Origin: an uncultured candidate division Zixibacteria bacterium
Lineage (GTDB): Bacteria; Zixibacteria; MSB-5A5; RBG-16-43-9
DNA: 64,000 nt
Assembly (NCBI GenBank): GCA_963713865.1
Contig: OY970208.1
Location: 455,922-519,921 of the forward strand
Direction of reading: 5' to 3'
The position numbers were made by a program, and so were the translations under genes. Under the pieces are notes generated by a model that had not been told where the DNA came from, searched no databases, and was given only the letters and a program-made list of their open reading frames with translations. Positions 1-8,749 of this stretch are shown here, one piece after another (the first letter of the stretch is position 1; each line of letters opens with the position of its first letter).

Positions 1-1857
1 TTCATCCTCAGCTGAAAACAAAGCTTTAGCCGTGTCGATCAGAGACTGAATTTCTGCTACATCGGCTTGAAGCTGTTGCAGGTTTTCATACTTTCCCTCT
101 ATCTCTGAGCTTTTAAACTCCTCTAATCCGGTTGAGATTACCTCTAAACCATCTTTCAATTTCTTAAAATGATTTAGAAGCTTCTCTCCTTCCTCTTTTA
201 GCTCTGAAATTAAGGGGTCATCCTTTTTATATCTGAGTTTGAAGCTGTCATTGGAAGAATATCTTTTTAATCCTGGAGGAATTTTGTTGAAAAACTCTTC
301 AGAGAATTTATAAGTTTTGAGAACCTCCTCTATCCCTTTTTTCAGTTTCTCCTCCAGCCAGACCTTTTCAGCTTTTTTCAGATATCCCTGTTGAAACTTT
401 GATTTTATCTCTCCTAATACCCCCCATTCAGTTTGAAGTTTTCTGTGATAAATCTGGTCCAGGACCTCTTTTATTTTCCAGAAGGAAAGCTCATTTCCCA
501 AAAACTGGGTTGCCACATTTTCCAGGTTATGGGCTTCATCCAGGATCAGATTGTCTGCCGCCAGAGTTTTCCCCTCAGCCAGAAGGTCTGAGAACAAAAG
601 GGAATGATTTACCACTAAAAGGTCTGATTTTTGTGCCTCCCTTCTGATTTTAAAATAGAAGCATCTTTGATAATATGGGCATTCCTGGTTCAGACAAAAG
701 CTGCCGTCACACTGGACCCTGTTCCATATTGAGAAATCTTTGGATAGATCAAACCCGCTGTCTTCAGCCACATCTCCGGATCCGGTCTCTGAAGCCCAGA
801 CTGCCAAATTTGCCAGGCATCTCTGGTCTTCAAGCGAAAGCTCGTATTCAGCCTTATTAATCCAGCCATAAAGCCGGTAAAGGCAGAGATAATTCTTTTT
901 CCCTTTAAGCAGGGTTACTTTAAATTTAAAGGGTAGAGCTTTTTCTAACAGGGGAAGGTCTTTGAAGAAAAGCTGCTCCTGGAGATTTTTGGTATTGGTG
1001 GAAACGACACTCTTTTCATTATTTTTTTCTGACCATAACAAAGCTGGCACCAGATAGGCTAAGGATTTTCCTACGCCCGCACCAGCCTCGACTAAAAGGA
1101 ATTCTCCCTGGTTAAAAGCTCTTGCCACGTTTTGCGCCATCCTTTTCTGTTCTTCCCTTTGTTCAAATTTTTTCATCTGAGAGGAAATCAACCCTTCACT
1201 CTGGTAATATTCTAAAACCTCCTCCTCCTTGAGCCAAACGTGACTGTAATTTTTGTTTGGGCTTTTCTCTTTCTCACCTCGACTCCCCTGGAAATCGAGC
1301 AGAAGCTCCCCATTTTCCTCAGGAGGTATGAGATCTTTCAGCTCTATTTTTCTTCCCTCCATCAGAAATTTTAAACAGCTGTCTTTTGACCCGAAGGAAA
1401 GGCTCATCAGCTGCTGAAAAACAGAGGGGCTTAATTTCTGGATTTTATGAATCAAAGCTAACAGAAGCTGATTAACCAAGTCAGCTTCTCTTCTGGAATA
1501 AGTCGAATCTAAATTGAAATACTGAGCAACCGTCTCTAACTTGAAATCTTTTAAGCGGGGCAAGAGTATTCTGGATAATTCTTTCAGGTCTAAGATATTT
1601 TCTGGTTGAATGGAAATTTTTCTCAGAACATTCTCCCAATCCTCAAGGTCAAAAATGACTATAGTGCTTTCTTCTGTGAACTCCTCTAAGACTTGAATCT
1701 CTTTTGGTTTAATCTTTTTTGAAGCGACAGGGAGACCCAACTTCCCTTCTATTTTCAAATCCTCAAGTTGAATCCCCGAGAGCTTGATTAACTTCTCTTC
1801 AGAAGTTGAATCGGGTTTACCTAAAACCGCAATCTTTTTCATAAATCCTGCTCTCAT
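1..1857 (-). CDS. dinG: DinG/XPD-family ATP-dependent DNA helicase, N-terminal part; the C-terminus lies beyond the left window edge
   Basis: Absent from the ORF track because the frame is still open at position 1. My minus-strand translation from ATG 1857 (in-frame ATG also at 1842) is uninterrupted. It contains Walker A VEAGAGVGKSLAYLVPAL (about 1041-1092), DEAH box LILDEAHNL (about 517-557) and a Cys cluster (VQCDGSFCLNQECPYYQRC, about 650-720) typical of the XPD/DinG Fe-S domain. Confidence 0.8.
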   Translation of the reverse strand, partial: MRAGFMKKIAVLGKPDSTSEEKLIKLSGIQLEDLKIEGKLGLPVASKKIKPKEIQVLEEFTEESTIVIFDLEDWENVLRKISIQPENILDLKELSRILLPRLKDFKLETVAQYFNLDSTYSRREADLVNQLLLALIHKIQKLSPSVFQQLMSLSFGSKDSCLKFLMEGRKIELKDLIPPEENGELLLDFQGSRGEKEKSPNKNYSHVWLKEEEVLEYYQSEGLISSQMKKFEQREEQKRMAQNVARAFNQGEFLLVEAGAGVGKSLAYLVPALLWSEKNNEKSVVSTNTKNLQEQLFFKDLPLLEKALPFKFKVTLLKGKKNYLCLYRLYGWINKAEYELSLEDQRCLANLAVWASETGSGDVAEDSGFDLSKDFSIWNRVQCDGSFCLNQECPYYQRCFYFKIRREAQKSDLLVVNHSLLFSDLLAEGKTLAADNLILDEAHNLENVATQFLGNELSFWKIKEVLDQIYHRKLQTEWGVLGEIKSKFQQGYLKKAEKVWLEEKLKKGIEEVLKTYKFSEEFFNKIPPGLKRYSSNDSFKLRYKKDDPLISELKEEGEKLLNHFKKLKDGLEVISTGLEEFKSSEIEGKYENLQQLQADVAEIQSLIDTAKALFSAEDE

Positions 1858-1894
1858 AGCTCTACCAACGAATTGTCTATCGGGTTGCTGGATT

Positions 1895-1959
1895 ATAAAG
1901 CTTTAGCTTTATCTAGTAAACCTGTCCTACTAATCCAAATTTGGAAAGGTTTACACTCC
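1895..1959. repeat. Partial or rearranged member of the GGAGTGTAAA...TTTACACTCC repeat family
   Basis: ATAAAGCTTTAGCTTTAT (1895-1912) and GGTTTACACTCC (1948-1959) match arm sequences of the full copies at 3535, 29626, 37492, 45870 and 52499. Confidence 0.5.
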
Positions 1960-2002
1960 AGATCATCTATCTGTCAACCTGCCACCTACCACCTATAACT
2001 GA

Positions 2003-3433
2003 TTATTTTCTCAAATTGAAGCAAACCATTTTAATGTCGGTCATTTCTTCAATTGCAAATTTTACACCCTCTCTACCGATTCCGCTTTCTTTTACGCCAC
2101 CGTAAGGCATATTATCTGCCCGGTAAGTAGGCACGTCATTTACTATTACCCCGCCTACTTTTATTCCTTTGATTGCCTCAAAGGCATTTTCGATATTATC
2201 TGTAAAGACTCCTGCCTGAAGCCCGTAGATAGAATTGTCTACCATCTTGACTGCATCAGAGAAATCATCAAACGGAATAAAACTTACCACAGGGGCAAAG
2301 ACCTCTAAAGCCATAACCTTCATCTCCGGTTTGACATTTTCTAAAACAGTTGGGGAATAGAAAGCTACTTCCCTTTTCCCTCCGATTAAAATTTTGGCTC
2401 CATCTCTTACCGCTTCATTCACCCAAGATTCTGTTCTTATAGCATCTTCTTCTGTAATCATTGGACCAACATCAGTGGTTTTATCCAGGGGATCGCCCAA
2501 TTTAAGCTTTGAAGTTTTCTCTAAAAAATCTTTTTTGAATCTTTCATATATATTTTTATGCAAATATACCCTTTGAACAGAGATGCAGATCTGCCCGGCA
2601 TAAGCAAAGCTCCCCATAACCGACCTTTCCACGGCTAAATCTAAATCCGCATTTTCATCTACTATAACAGCAGAGTTTGAGCCAAGCTCCAAGGTAACTT
2701 TTTTCAAACCTGATTTTTCCTTAATCCTTCTTCCTACGGGTGGGCTTCCGGTAAAAGTAATCATTGAAACCCTTTCGTCTGTCACCAGCCAATCGCCAAC
2801 CGTTCCACCTGAGCCGAAGATAATGTTCAGACCACCTGGCCGTAGCCCTGCTTCTATCATTATCTCCCCTAATTTAATCGAGGTCAAAGGGGTTAAAGAG
2901 GCAGGTTTAAGAATCACCGAACAACCAGCCGCAACGGCTGGTGCTACTTTATGCGCCACTAAGTTCAAAGGAAAATTAAAAGGGGAAATTGCTCCGATCA
3001 CTCCTACTGGAAATCTCAGAAAAAATCCCACCCTTTTCTCTCCGCCAACTGAGGCATCTAAGGGAACAGTATGTCCGCAAATATTTTTTGCCTCTTCAGA
3101 TGCGAACTTAAAGGTCTGAACAGACCTTTCCACTTCAGCCATAGCATGTTTCCAGGCTTTGCCCGCCTCCATACAGATTATACGGGTCATCTCCTCCTTG
3201 TTCTTCTCAATTAACTCTGAGGTGTTCTGTAAAATCTTTCCCCTCTGGTAAGCTGGAAGAGAAAACACCGCTTTAAATCCATCCAGTGAAGATAAAATCG
3301 CCTTCTCAAAGTTCTCTTTACTTGTATCCGGAACTTTTCCGATCACCTCTTGAGTGTATTTGTTTTTAACCTCAAAATATTTCTCCCCGGAGACCCACTT
3401 GCCCCCGATCAACATCTTATATTCCTTTTCCAT
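2003..3433 (-). CDS. NAD(P)-dependent aldehyde dehydrogenase family protein
   Basis: ORF-track frame with ALDH motifs FTGSPPVGRRI, LELGSNSAVIV (catalytic Glu) and GQICISVQRV (catalytic Cys). Start moved to ATG 3433 (MEKEYKMLIGGKW), which has GAGGGG 3 nt upstream. Confidence 0.85.
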   Translation of the reverse strand: MEKEYKMLIGGKWVSGEKYFEVKNKYTQEVIGKVPDTSKENFEKAILSSLDGFKAVFSLPAYQRGKILQNTSELIEKNKEEMTRIICMEAGKAWKHAMAEVERSVQTFKFASEEAKNICGHTVPLDASVGGEKRVGFFLRFPVGVIGAISPFNFPLNLVAHKVAPAVAAGCSVILKPASLTPLTSIKLGEIMIEAGLRPGGLNIIFGSGGTVGDWLVTDERVSMITFTGSPPVGRRIKEKSGLKKVTLELGSNSAVIVDENADLDLAVERSVMGSFAYAGQICISVQRVYLHKNIYERFKKDFLEKTSKLKLGDPLDKTTDVGPMITEEDAIRTESWVNEAVRDGAKILIGGKREVAFYSPTVLENVKPEMKVMALEVFAPVVSFIPFDDFSDAVKMVDNSIYGLQAGVFTDNIENAFEAIKGIKVGGVIVNDVPTYRADNMPYGGVKESGIGREGVKFAIEEMTDIKMVCFNLRK

Positions 3434-3534
3434 TTTCCCCTCTGGATTTTCTCTTTTTAAATCACACCAGAAATTTTTTATCAATATAACCATCTTTATT
3501 TTTGCGGTCAAGGATTAAACTTGAGCAATACTAT

Positions 3535-3591
3535 GGAGTGTAAACCTTTAGGTTTATCGAGCTTAAAGGCAAAGCTGAAGCTTTACACTCC
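3535..3591. repeat. GGAGTGTAAAC...GCTTTACACTCC element, copy A (57 bp)
   Basis: GGAGTGTAAACCTTTAGGTTTAT-N-GCAAAGCTGAAGCTTTACACTCC. The termini are inverted repeats and each arm is itself self-complementary. Lies between the divergent ALDH and lpdA genes. Confidence 0.8.
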
Positions 3592-3684
3592 AATTAACAT
3601 TTTCTGGATTTCAACTTTTACCTTGACTTAGACTTATCCCAAAACTATTTTTCAAAATGTCTTAAAAAATCAAAGGAGAAATAA

Positions 3685-5082
3685 ATGTCCCATCTGGAAA
3701 AATTAGCCATAATCGGGGGAGGACCTGCCGGGTATGTGGGAGCTATCAGAGGAGCTCAATTGGGAGCAGAAATCACTCTGATCGAGAAAAAAGAGGTTGG
3801 CGGCACCTGCTTAAATGTTGGCTGTATCCCTACTAAAACATTGACCTCCACCGCTCACCTTTATACCCTTATGAAGAAATCTTCAAACTGGGGCATAGAG
3901 GCTGGTTTTCCCAGTTTAAACTGGGATCAGGTGATGAAGAGGAAAGAACAGGTTGTAAGAAGACTGGTCAACGGGGTTAAATTTCTTCTGAAAGAAAGAA
4001 AGGTAAATCTGATCTTAGGTACAGCTTCATTTTTAGATGAGAAAACTTTATTAATAAACAAAACTAATGGGGGGATAGAAAAGGTTCAGGCAGACAAAAT
4101 TCTTATCTCAACCGGCTCAATTCCGATTAATCTTCCAGTTCCAGGAGCAGATTTAGATGGCGTGGTTGATAGCACTAAAGCTTTATCTTTTGAGGAAGTG
4201 CCAAAAACCCTTCTGATCGTGGGAGGTGGATATATAGGTTGTGAATTTGCTTCAATCTATCATTCCTTCGGCACTGAGGTAACCATAGTGGAGATGCTTC
4301 CCCAGATACTTCCGGGAGAAGACGAGGAGATAGTCTCTTTGCTCAGAAGAAAATTTGAAAAAGAGGGTATAAAAATCTATACAGAGTCTAAAGTTACTGG
4401 AATCTATCTTACAGACAATAATACTAGGAAAATAAAAATATCCACCCTTGAGGGTGAAAAAGAGATCTTATCTGAAAAAGTCCTGATCTCTGTGGGAAGA
4501 AAGGTTTATACGGACGGATTAAATCTAAAAAGGATCGGAATAGAGCAGGAAAAGGTTCATATAAAAGTGGATGAATATATGAGAACTAATCTTGAGGGTA
4601 TTTACTCTGCCGGGGATTGCATCGGAGGATACCTTTTAGCTCATGTGGCTTCAATGGAGGCAGAATGTGCAGTTGAAAATGCCTTGGGTGGAAATGTGAA
4701 AATGGATTATACGGCCGTGCCCAGATGCATCTTTACCTATCCGGAGATCGGTGGAGTGGGATTAACTGAGAAGGAAGCTTTAGCTAAAGGTTTTAAAACA
4801 AAAATCGGAAGATTCCCTTTCGTAGCCAATGGAAGAGCCTTAGCCGAGGATGAATCTGAAGGGATGGTAAAAATAATTGCAGAGGAGAAATCTGATAAAA
4901 TTTTAGGATGTATAATAATGGGCAATCGAGGCACAGACCTAATAGCTGAACTGACTTTGGGAATTAAGATGGGGATAAAGCTTAAAGACTTAACTGAGAC
5001 TATTCATGCTCATCCGACCTTGGCTGAGGCAGTCCGGGAAAGCGCTCTAAAATCCGATGGAAGATCAATTCATATCTTATAA
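3685..5082 (+). CDS. lpdA: Dihydrolipoyl dehydrogenase (class I pyridine nucleotide-disulfide oxidoreductase)
   Basis: IIGGGPAGY FAD motif, redox-active disulfide GGTCLNVGCIPTK, second Rossmann motif VGGGYIGCEF and C-terminal HAHPTLAE. Confidence 0.9.
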   Translation: MSHLEKLAIIGGGPAGYVGAIRGAQLGAEITLIEKKEVGGTCLNVGCIPTKTLTSTAHLYTLMKKSSNWGIEAGFPSLNWDQVMKRKEQVVRRLVNGVKFLLKERKVNLILGTASFLDEKTLLINKTNGGIEKVQADKILISTGSIPINLPVPGADLDGVVDSTKALSFEEVPKTLLIVGGGYIGCEFASIYHSFGTEVTIVEMLPQILPGEDEEIVSLLRRKFEKEGIKIYTESKVTGIYLTDNNTRKIKISTLEGEKEILSEKVLISVGRKVYTDGLNLKRIGIEQEKVHIKVDEYMRTNLEGIYSAGDCIGGYLLAHVASMEAECAVENALGGNVKMDYTAVPRCIFTYPEIGGVGLTEKEALAKGFKTKIGRFPFVANGRALAEDESEGMVKIIAEEKSDKILGCIIMGNRGTDLIAELTLGIKMGIKLKDLTETIHAHPTLAEAVRESALKSDGRSIHIL

Positions 5083-5094
5083 ATAGACAAAGAT

Positions 5095-5172
5095 GGAGTG
5101 CATCAGCGTGTCGAATTTGACCTTGAGGCTGATGCATATTAGATAGAATGCAAGAGCAAGCTCTTGCACTCC
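5095..5172. repeat. Two-hairpin element with GGAGTGCA / TGCACTCC inverted termini, flanked by a duplicated lpdA 3' end
   Basis: GGAGTGCATCAGC...GCTGATGCA (5095-5137) and TGCAAGAGCAAGCTCTTGCACTCC (5149-5172). Flanking imperfect direct repeat: 5063-5089 versus 5173-5199 (23 of 27 identical). Confidence 0.75.
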
Positions 5173-5236
5173 GATCAATTCATATATTGTAAAAAAACAT
5201 TTCGGATTAACGGATATCATATAACGATTAGAATTC

Positions 5237-5588
5237 GTAGTGCGACCCTTTTAGGGTCGCTTAAGCGAGGCTAATCCCGCCGGCGGCGGGACGCACTACA
5301 TATCCCCTCTCCTTTTACAAATGTATCGGCATTTCCCAATGTTGAGATCATAGAGACAGACCCAGGGGTCAGTTGCTGAAGTCTCTTTTGGGTGAATTTT
5401 TATATAGGGACAGGGCTTGTTGAGCGAAGCGAAATCTCGCCAAAGGCGGAGGTCCCTGTCCTAACCCTAATACTATGTTCACTCCTCCAGACTCAATATA
5501 CCGTTTCTATGAGTTCGTCAACAGCCTCCCTGTATCTGCCCGATTCGAACTTGCTCACAAACAGGTGGAACAGACCTCTGGTCTGTTC
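5237..5588. repeat. Cluster of REP-like palindromes in a roughly 600-bp non-coding stretch
   Basis: Nested hairpin GTAGTGCGACCC...GGGTCGC...CGCACTAC (5237-5299), GGGACAGGG...CCCTGTCC (5407-5461) and GGAACAGACCTCTGGTCTGTTC (5567-5588). The same stem classes recur elsewhere in the window. Confidence 0.8.
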
Positions 5589-5718
5589 AAAACAGGTCCT
5601 AGAAACGGATCCGTAGGACTGGAAGCCCGTACCACCCAATCTGAAAGCAAATTCTATAGCCGCAGATTTTAGTCTGCGTTCTGTTTTAAGACGGGATTAG
5701 GCGATTTATTGGGAATAT

Positions 5719-5746
5719 AATATATACGGAAGAAAGGGGTTGTCAT
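5719..5746 (-). promoter_or_regulatory. Orphan sigma70-like promoter copy, paralogous to the APC-permease promoter at 60556-60583
   Basis: Minus strand reads ATGACA-16 nt-TATATT. The surrounding 5694-5760 is about 70% identical to 60527-60600, with 19 identical nt (GGATTAGGCGATTTATTG region) just downstream of the -10. No ORF follows on the minus strand. Confidence 0.35.
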
Positions 5747-5764
5747 ACAAATCTCTAAGGAATT

Positions 5765-6748
5765 TTATCGTGAAGAGGTAGAACTATCTCGACTTTCATA
5801 GAACTCTTCAATAAGCTCCTTCACTTTTATTCCGATCACCATTTTCCCCAATCGCGTAGCTAATTCTTTCTCTCCTATTCTTTCAAATAGAACTCCACCC
5901 AATCTTATCTCCGTGATGTCTTTCAGGGTGTCGAGATTAAAAAATACAGGACTTCCACTTTCACCGGGGAAAATAAAATCTTCTATTCGTACTATGGCAC
6001 AATCTTTCTTAAGAAAGATTTTTGGAATCATCGATATATTTGAGATAACTGCCACAGTATCTATTCTTCCTTCTTTGCAGCAGGTTTTCAAAAGGTTAGC
6101 TTCGGGATTATAAGACCCTGTGATAAAGCTAAACACATGGATTTCTGTACCTGTTGTGCATGCATCAAGGGGTAAAAGCATATATTTTTTTAAAAAATGG
6201 TACGTCAAGGTGGTGTCAATCTCGAAATGATAAATTGCTAATTCAATTCCAGGATCAGAATGGAACACCAAAGCTTTTGATTTGTAATAGGACTTTCTTG
6301 TATTAATTTTATCAACCTTTATTAAATTCTTATCCCTCTGTTGAGAATTGCACAGAAAATAAACTGGGTCTCTCCATCTTTTTTTGGCATGTCCCGCACT
6401 ATCGTAGAAATCATAGAAATTGTGATTGACAGTTATCAAGAACAAGTATTTTGAGCTGACAGTATCTTCCACGAAAAAACCCGTACCAATTATGCTATCG
6501 GTTGTCGGGTCGAGTGAAAGAAGCACGCACGTCTGGTTTACAAAATCCTTGACGACTGCGGAGATATCGCAGGAGGGGGGTTCTTTCTGAATTTTGATTT
6601 CACGCACCACTATCTGTTGAACTTGGCGGGGAAATAAAAAATAGGCAAGTGCAAATCCTGCGACGAAAAAAATAGCAAGAGCCGAGATAATGGTTGAGAA
6701 TTTAGTGGTAAGATAATAGTATTTTCTGGGTACGAAGATTATTTTCAT
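5765..6748 (-). CDS. Membrane-anchored trypsin-like (chymotrypsin-fold) serine peptidase, putative
   Basis: 327-aa ORF with an N-terminal hydrophobic anchor (FSTIISALAIFFVAGFALAYFLF). Followed by GTGFFV...LITVNHNF (candidate His) and FPGESGSPVF (GxSGSP Ser motif). I did not identify the catalytic Asp confidently. Confidence 0.55.
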   Translation of the reverse strand: MKIIFVPRKYYYLTTKFSTIISALAIFFVAGFALAYFLFPRQVQQIVVREIKIQKEPPSCDISAVVKDFVNQTCVLLSLDPTTDSIIGTGFFVEDTVSSKYLFLITVNHNFYDFYDSAGHAKKRWRDPVYFLCNSQQRDKNLIKVDKINTRKSYYKSKALVFHSDPGIELAIYHFEIDTTLTYHFLKKYMLLPLDACTTGTEIHVFSFITGSYNPEANLLKTCCKEGRIDTVAVISNISMIPKIFLKKDCAIVRIEDFIFPGESGSPVFFNLDTLKDITEIRLGGVLFERIGEKELATRLGKMVIGIKVKELIEEFYESRDSSTSSR

Positions 6749-6794
6749 ACTACTCTTATAACCTCTGAAGAGATGTAAATTGTCTTATCTTTAT

Positions 6795-6822
6795 ATTATA
6801 AAAAATTTTTCAGAATTGTCAA
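6795..6822 (-). promoter_or_regulatory. Sigma70-like promoter for the protease gene
   Basis: Minus strand reads TTGACA (6822-6817)-16 nt-TATAAT (6800-6795). The IS insertion point lies 16 bp upstream of the -35. Confidence 0.5.
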
Positions 6823-6838
6823 GGATTTTTGGCTCCGG

Positions 6839-8260
6839 TGTCAAGCCAATTTAGAAATGTTCTAGTTTTGCCAAAATAGAAATGACCTATTTGGTTAATA
6901 TACATGTGCCTTCCTTTTTTGCAACGGGATTCCAATTTAAAGATCTTCTCCATGGATGATTCTCTGCAGGTTTAGGAGGGCGGTGAAATCTTCTCAGGTC
7001 TATGGCCTGTTCTATCTTAACAGGTTTTTCAGCGATCTCCCTATACCGCAGACTGGTTCCCTTGCCCATTATATGCAGGGAGCTGTTGAGCCTCTCCTCC
7101 ACGATCACCTTATTGGTCTTCACAACCTCCCTTATCTGATAAAGCCTGCCGTTATGAGTTATGGTGTTATCGTTTCTTACTGTGCGCTCGGTCTTTATGC
7201 AAAGATATTTGTCAAGATTGAAGTATTTTGGAACCCTTACATGCACATTGGTGTCATTTGCCGGACATACCCTGAACCGCCGGTTAAATTGTGGCAGATA
7301 ATCCGCAAGGAATTCATTGGCCTCCTCAAGCGTCTTTATCCCCCTCAACCTCATTTCCTTTACAAGCCTGTCCTGTAAAACTCCAAAGAGCCTTTCTACC
7401 CTTCCTTTTGCCTGTGGAGAATAAGCATGGATTACGTCTACCCCAAGCTCTTTAAGTGCTCTCTCAAACTGGCTCAAAGGCTCTATTTTCTCAAACTCCT
7501 CCCACTCTGTAGGCTTCTTAGTTGATTTGTAGGTGGTGTGCCTGTCCAGATAGATGCTTACAGGAAGCCCATATCTCCTCGCATAACGCTTAAAACTGTC
7601 CATCCCAGGGATAGTCCCCTCATAATCGTAAAACCTCGCAAAAACATGGTTGGTGGCATCATCTATGTAAGCCATCAGCACAAGCTCAGGACCCCTGCCT
7701 TCAAGCCAGTCATGATGAGAACCATCCATCTGAACCATTTCTCCAAAACATTCCTTCCTTTGTTTCCACTGTCTGTGCCTTGACCTTTTATACCTCCTCT
7801 GCCATAGACCCGCCTCCATAAGCCATTTCCTCAGGGTCTCATCGCTTAACTTAATGCCGTCCAGTTCACCTAACTTCTCAGTTGCAAGGGTTGGACCAAA
7901 ACCACTATACTTGCTTCTGTAGAACATTAATACCTTGGCTTTAACCTCAGCCGGTGTTTTCCTGTTTGAAAAACGACCTCGTAACCTGTGGATTACTCCT
8001 TCTTCTCCCTCCTCACGCACCACCCTAACCAGCCTTCTTGTCTGTCTCTCTGAAAGCCCTATCAGGGAAGCAGCTACCCTCTGGGTTATGTGTCTCTCTA
8101 TAGCCTCCTGGATTACCTTTAATCGCTTAACCTCTCTTATGCTCATCCTGATAATGTCCTTCTCTGTCATAATCCTCCCGGTCTTTTAAGGGAAAATTAT
8201 AGCTATGTCTTAGGACATTTCTACTTTGGTTAATTAGGACATTATCACTTTGGTGTAACA
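6839..8260 (-). mobile_element. Intact insertion sequence (1422 bp), IS1202/ISNCY-like or IS481-like, with a 16-bp target-site duplication
   Basis: Imperfect terminal inverted repeats TGTCAAGCC... (6839) and ...GGTGTAACA (8260). Two subterminal copies of CCAA(A/T)NTAGAAATGNNCTA at each end. Perfect direct repeat GGATTTTTGGCTCCGG at 6823-6838 and 8261-8276. Confidence 0.9.
6887..8170 (-). CDS. DDE (rve/integrase-core) transposase with N-terminal HTH
   Basis: 427-aa ORF. HTH-like N-terminus (AASLIGLSERQTRRLV). DDE candidates MVQMDGSHHDW, IYLDRHTTY and SPQAKGRVERLF. Confidence 0.9.
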   Translation of the reverse strand: MTEKDIIRMSIREVKRLKVIQEAIERHITQRVAASLIGLSERQTRRLVRVVREEGEEGVIHRLRGRFSNRKTPAEVKAKVLMFYRSKYSGFGPTLATEKLGELDGIKLSDETLRKWLMEAGLWQRRYKRSRHRQWKQRKECFGEMVQMDGSHHDWLEGRGPELVLMAYIDDATNHVFARFYDYEGTIPGMDSFKRYARRYGLPVSIYLDRHTTYKSTKKPTEWEEFEKIEPLSQFERALKELGVDVIHAYSPQAKGRVERLFGVLQDRLVKEMRLRGIKTLEEANEFLADYLPQFNRRFRVCPANDTNVHVRVPKYFNLDKYLCIKTERTVRNDNTITHNGRLYQIREVVKTNKVIVEERLNSSLHIMGKGTSLRYREIAEKPVKIEQAIDLRRFHRPPKPAENHPWRRSLNWNPVAKKEGTCILTK

Positions 8261-8320
8261 GGATTTTTGGCTCCGGCTCTGCATTTAATCCATAGGGAAG
8301 AAATACTCTGAAAATAATCC

Positions 8321-8348
8321 TTGACAAATAATAAGACTGAATTATCTT
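8321..8348 (+). promoter_or_regulatory. Sigma70-like promoter upstream of the small ORF and the 239-aa gene
   Basis: TTGACA (8321-8326)-16 nt-TATCTT (8343-8348). Confidence 0.35.
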
Positions 8349-8568
8349 TAGATGGACAGTTTAAAAAAGAAAGGAGGTGTTTTCTTATAATGTAAGTCTT
8401 TATTCTGCAACTGCTTAATTTTTTATAATTTTTTTCTTGAAAAAGTTTTTAAAAAAAATTAATTAATTGAGAGGAAACTCCGATTAACAAAAGAGGAGGA
8501 TTTTTTTAGAATATTTATCAAATAAATGAGTTAGCTAACCGTAAAACAGTTTGGGAGGAAAAGCTAAG

Positions 8569-8673
8569 ATGGTTAAGAAATTTTTCTTCTTTTTTTGGAT
8601 AATGATTTTTTTAGCATTTGTGGTAATTGGACCTTCAGTAATAGCTGGTGTGAGCATGGGTGGACACTATTAG
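8569..8673 (+). CDS. 34-codon hydrophobic small ORF (below the ORF-track length cutoff)
   Basis: ATG 8569 is preceded by GGGAGG 9 nt upstream. It encodes MVKKFFFFFWIMIFLAFVVIGPSVIAGVSMGGHY and stops at TAG 8671-8673. Expression is unproven. Confidence 0.35.
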   Translation: MVKKFFFFFWIMIFLAFVVIGPSVIAGVSMGGHY

Positions 8674-8749
8674 ACCGAAGGGGGAACAGGGGGCAAGTCA
8701 GGTTAAATCTAAATCGTCTTAGCAGCCCCTTGAAGCTAAAAGTACAGAT

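Noticed and set aside
5626-5640. A T-box-like motif (minus strand ATTGGGTGGTACGGG) followed by a hairpin plus U-run, downstream of the orphan promoter.
   Set aside because: No specifier-loop or stem I features could be found. The motif deviates from GGGTGGTACCGCG. The proposed terminator does not overlap it as a T-box requires. No gene follows on that strand. Probably a chance match inside REP-rich DNA.
5392-5672. Two overlapping plus-strand ORFs (74 and 65 aa) in the lpdA-protease gap.
   Set aside because: Both are built largely from REP hairpin sequence, have no RBS and overlap each other in different frames. Treated as non-coding.
6956-7378. Antisense ORFs inside the transposase genes (6956-7378, 7538-7783, 7935-8189, 60693-61310) and similar antisense ORFs inside other genes (for example 2823-3119, 13775-14281, 17554-18012, 27600-28007).
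   Set aside because: They lie opposite well-supported genes, lack RBS and family motifs, and have compositions typical of reverse-frame artefacts.
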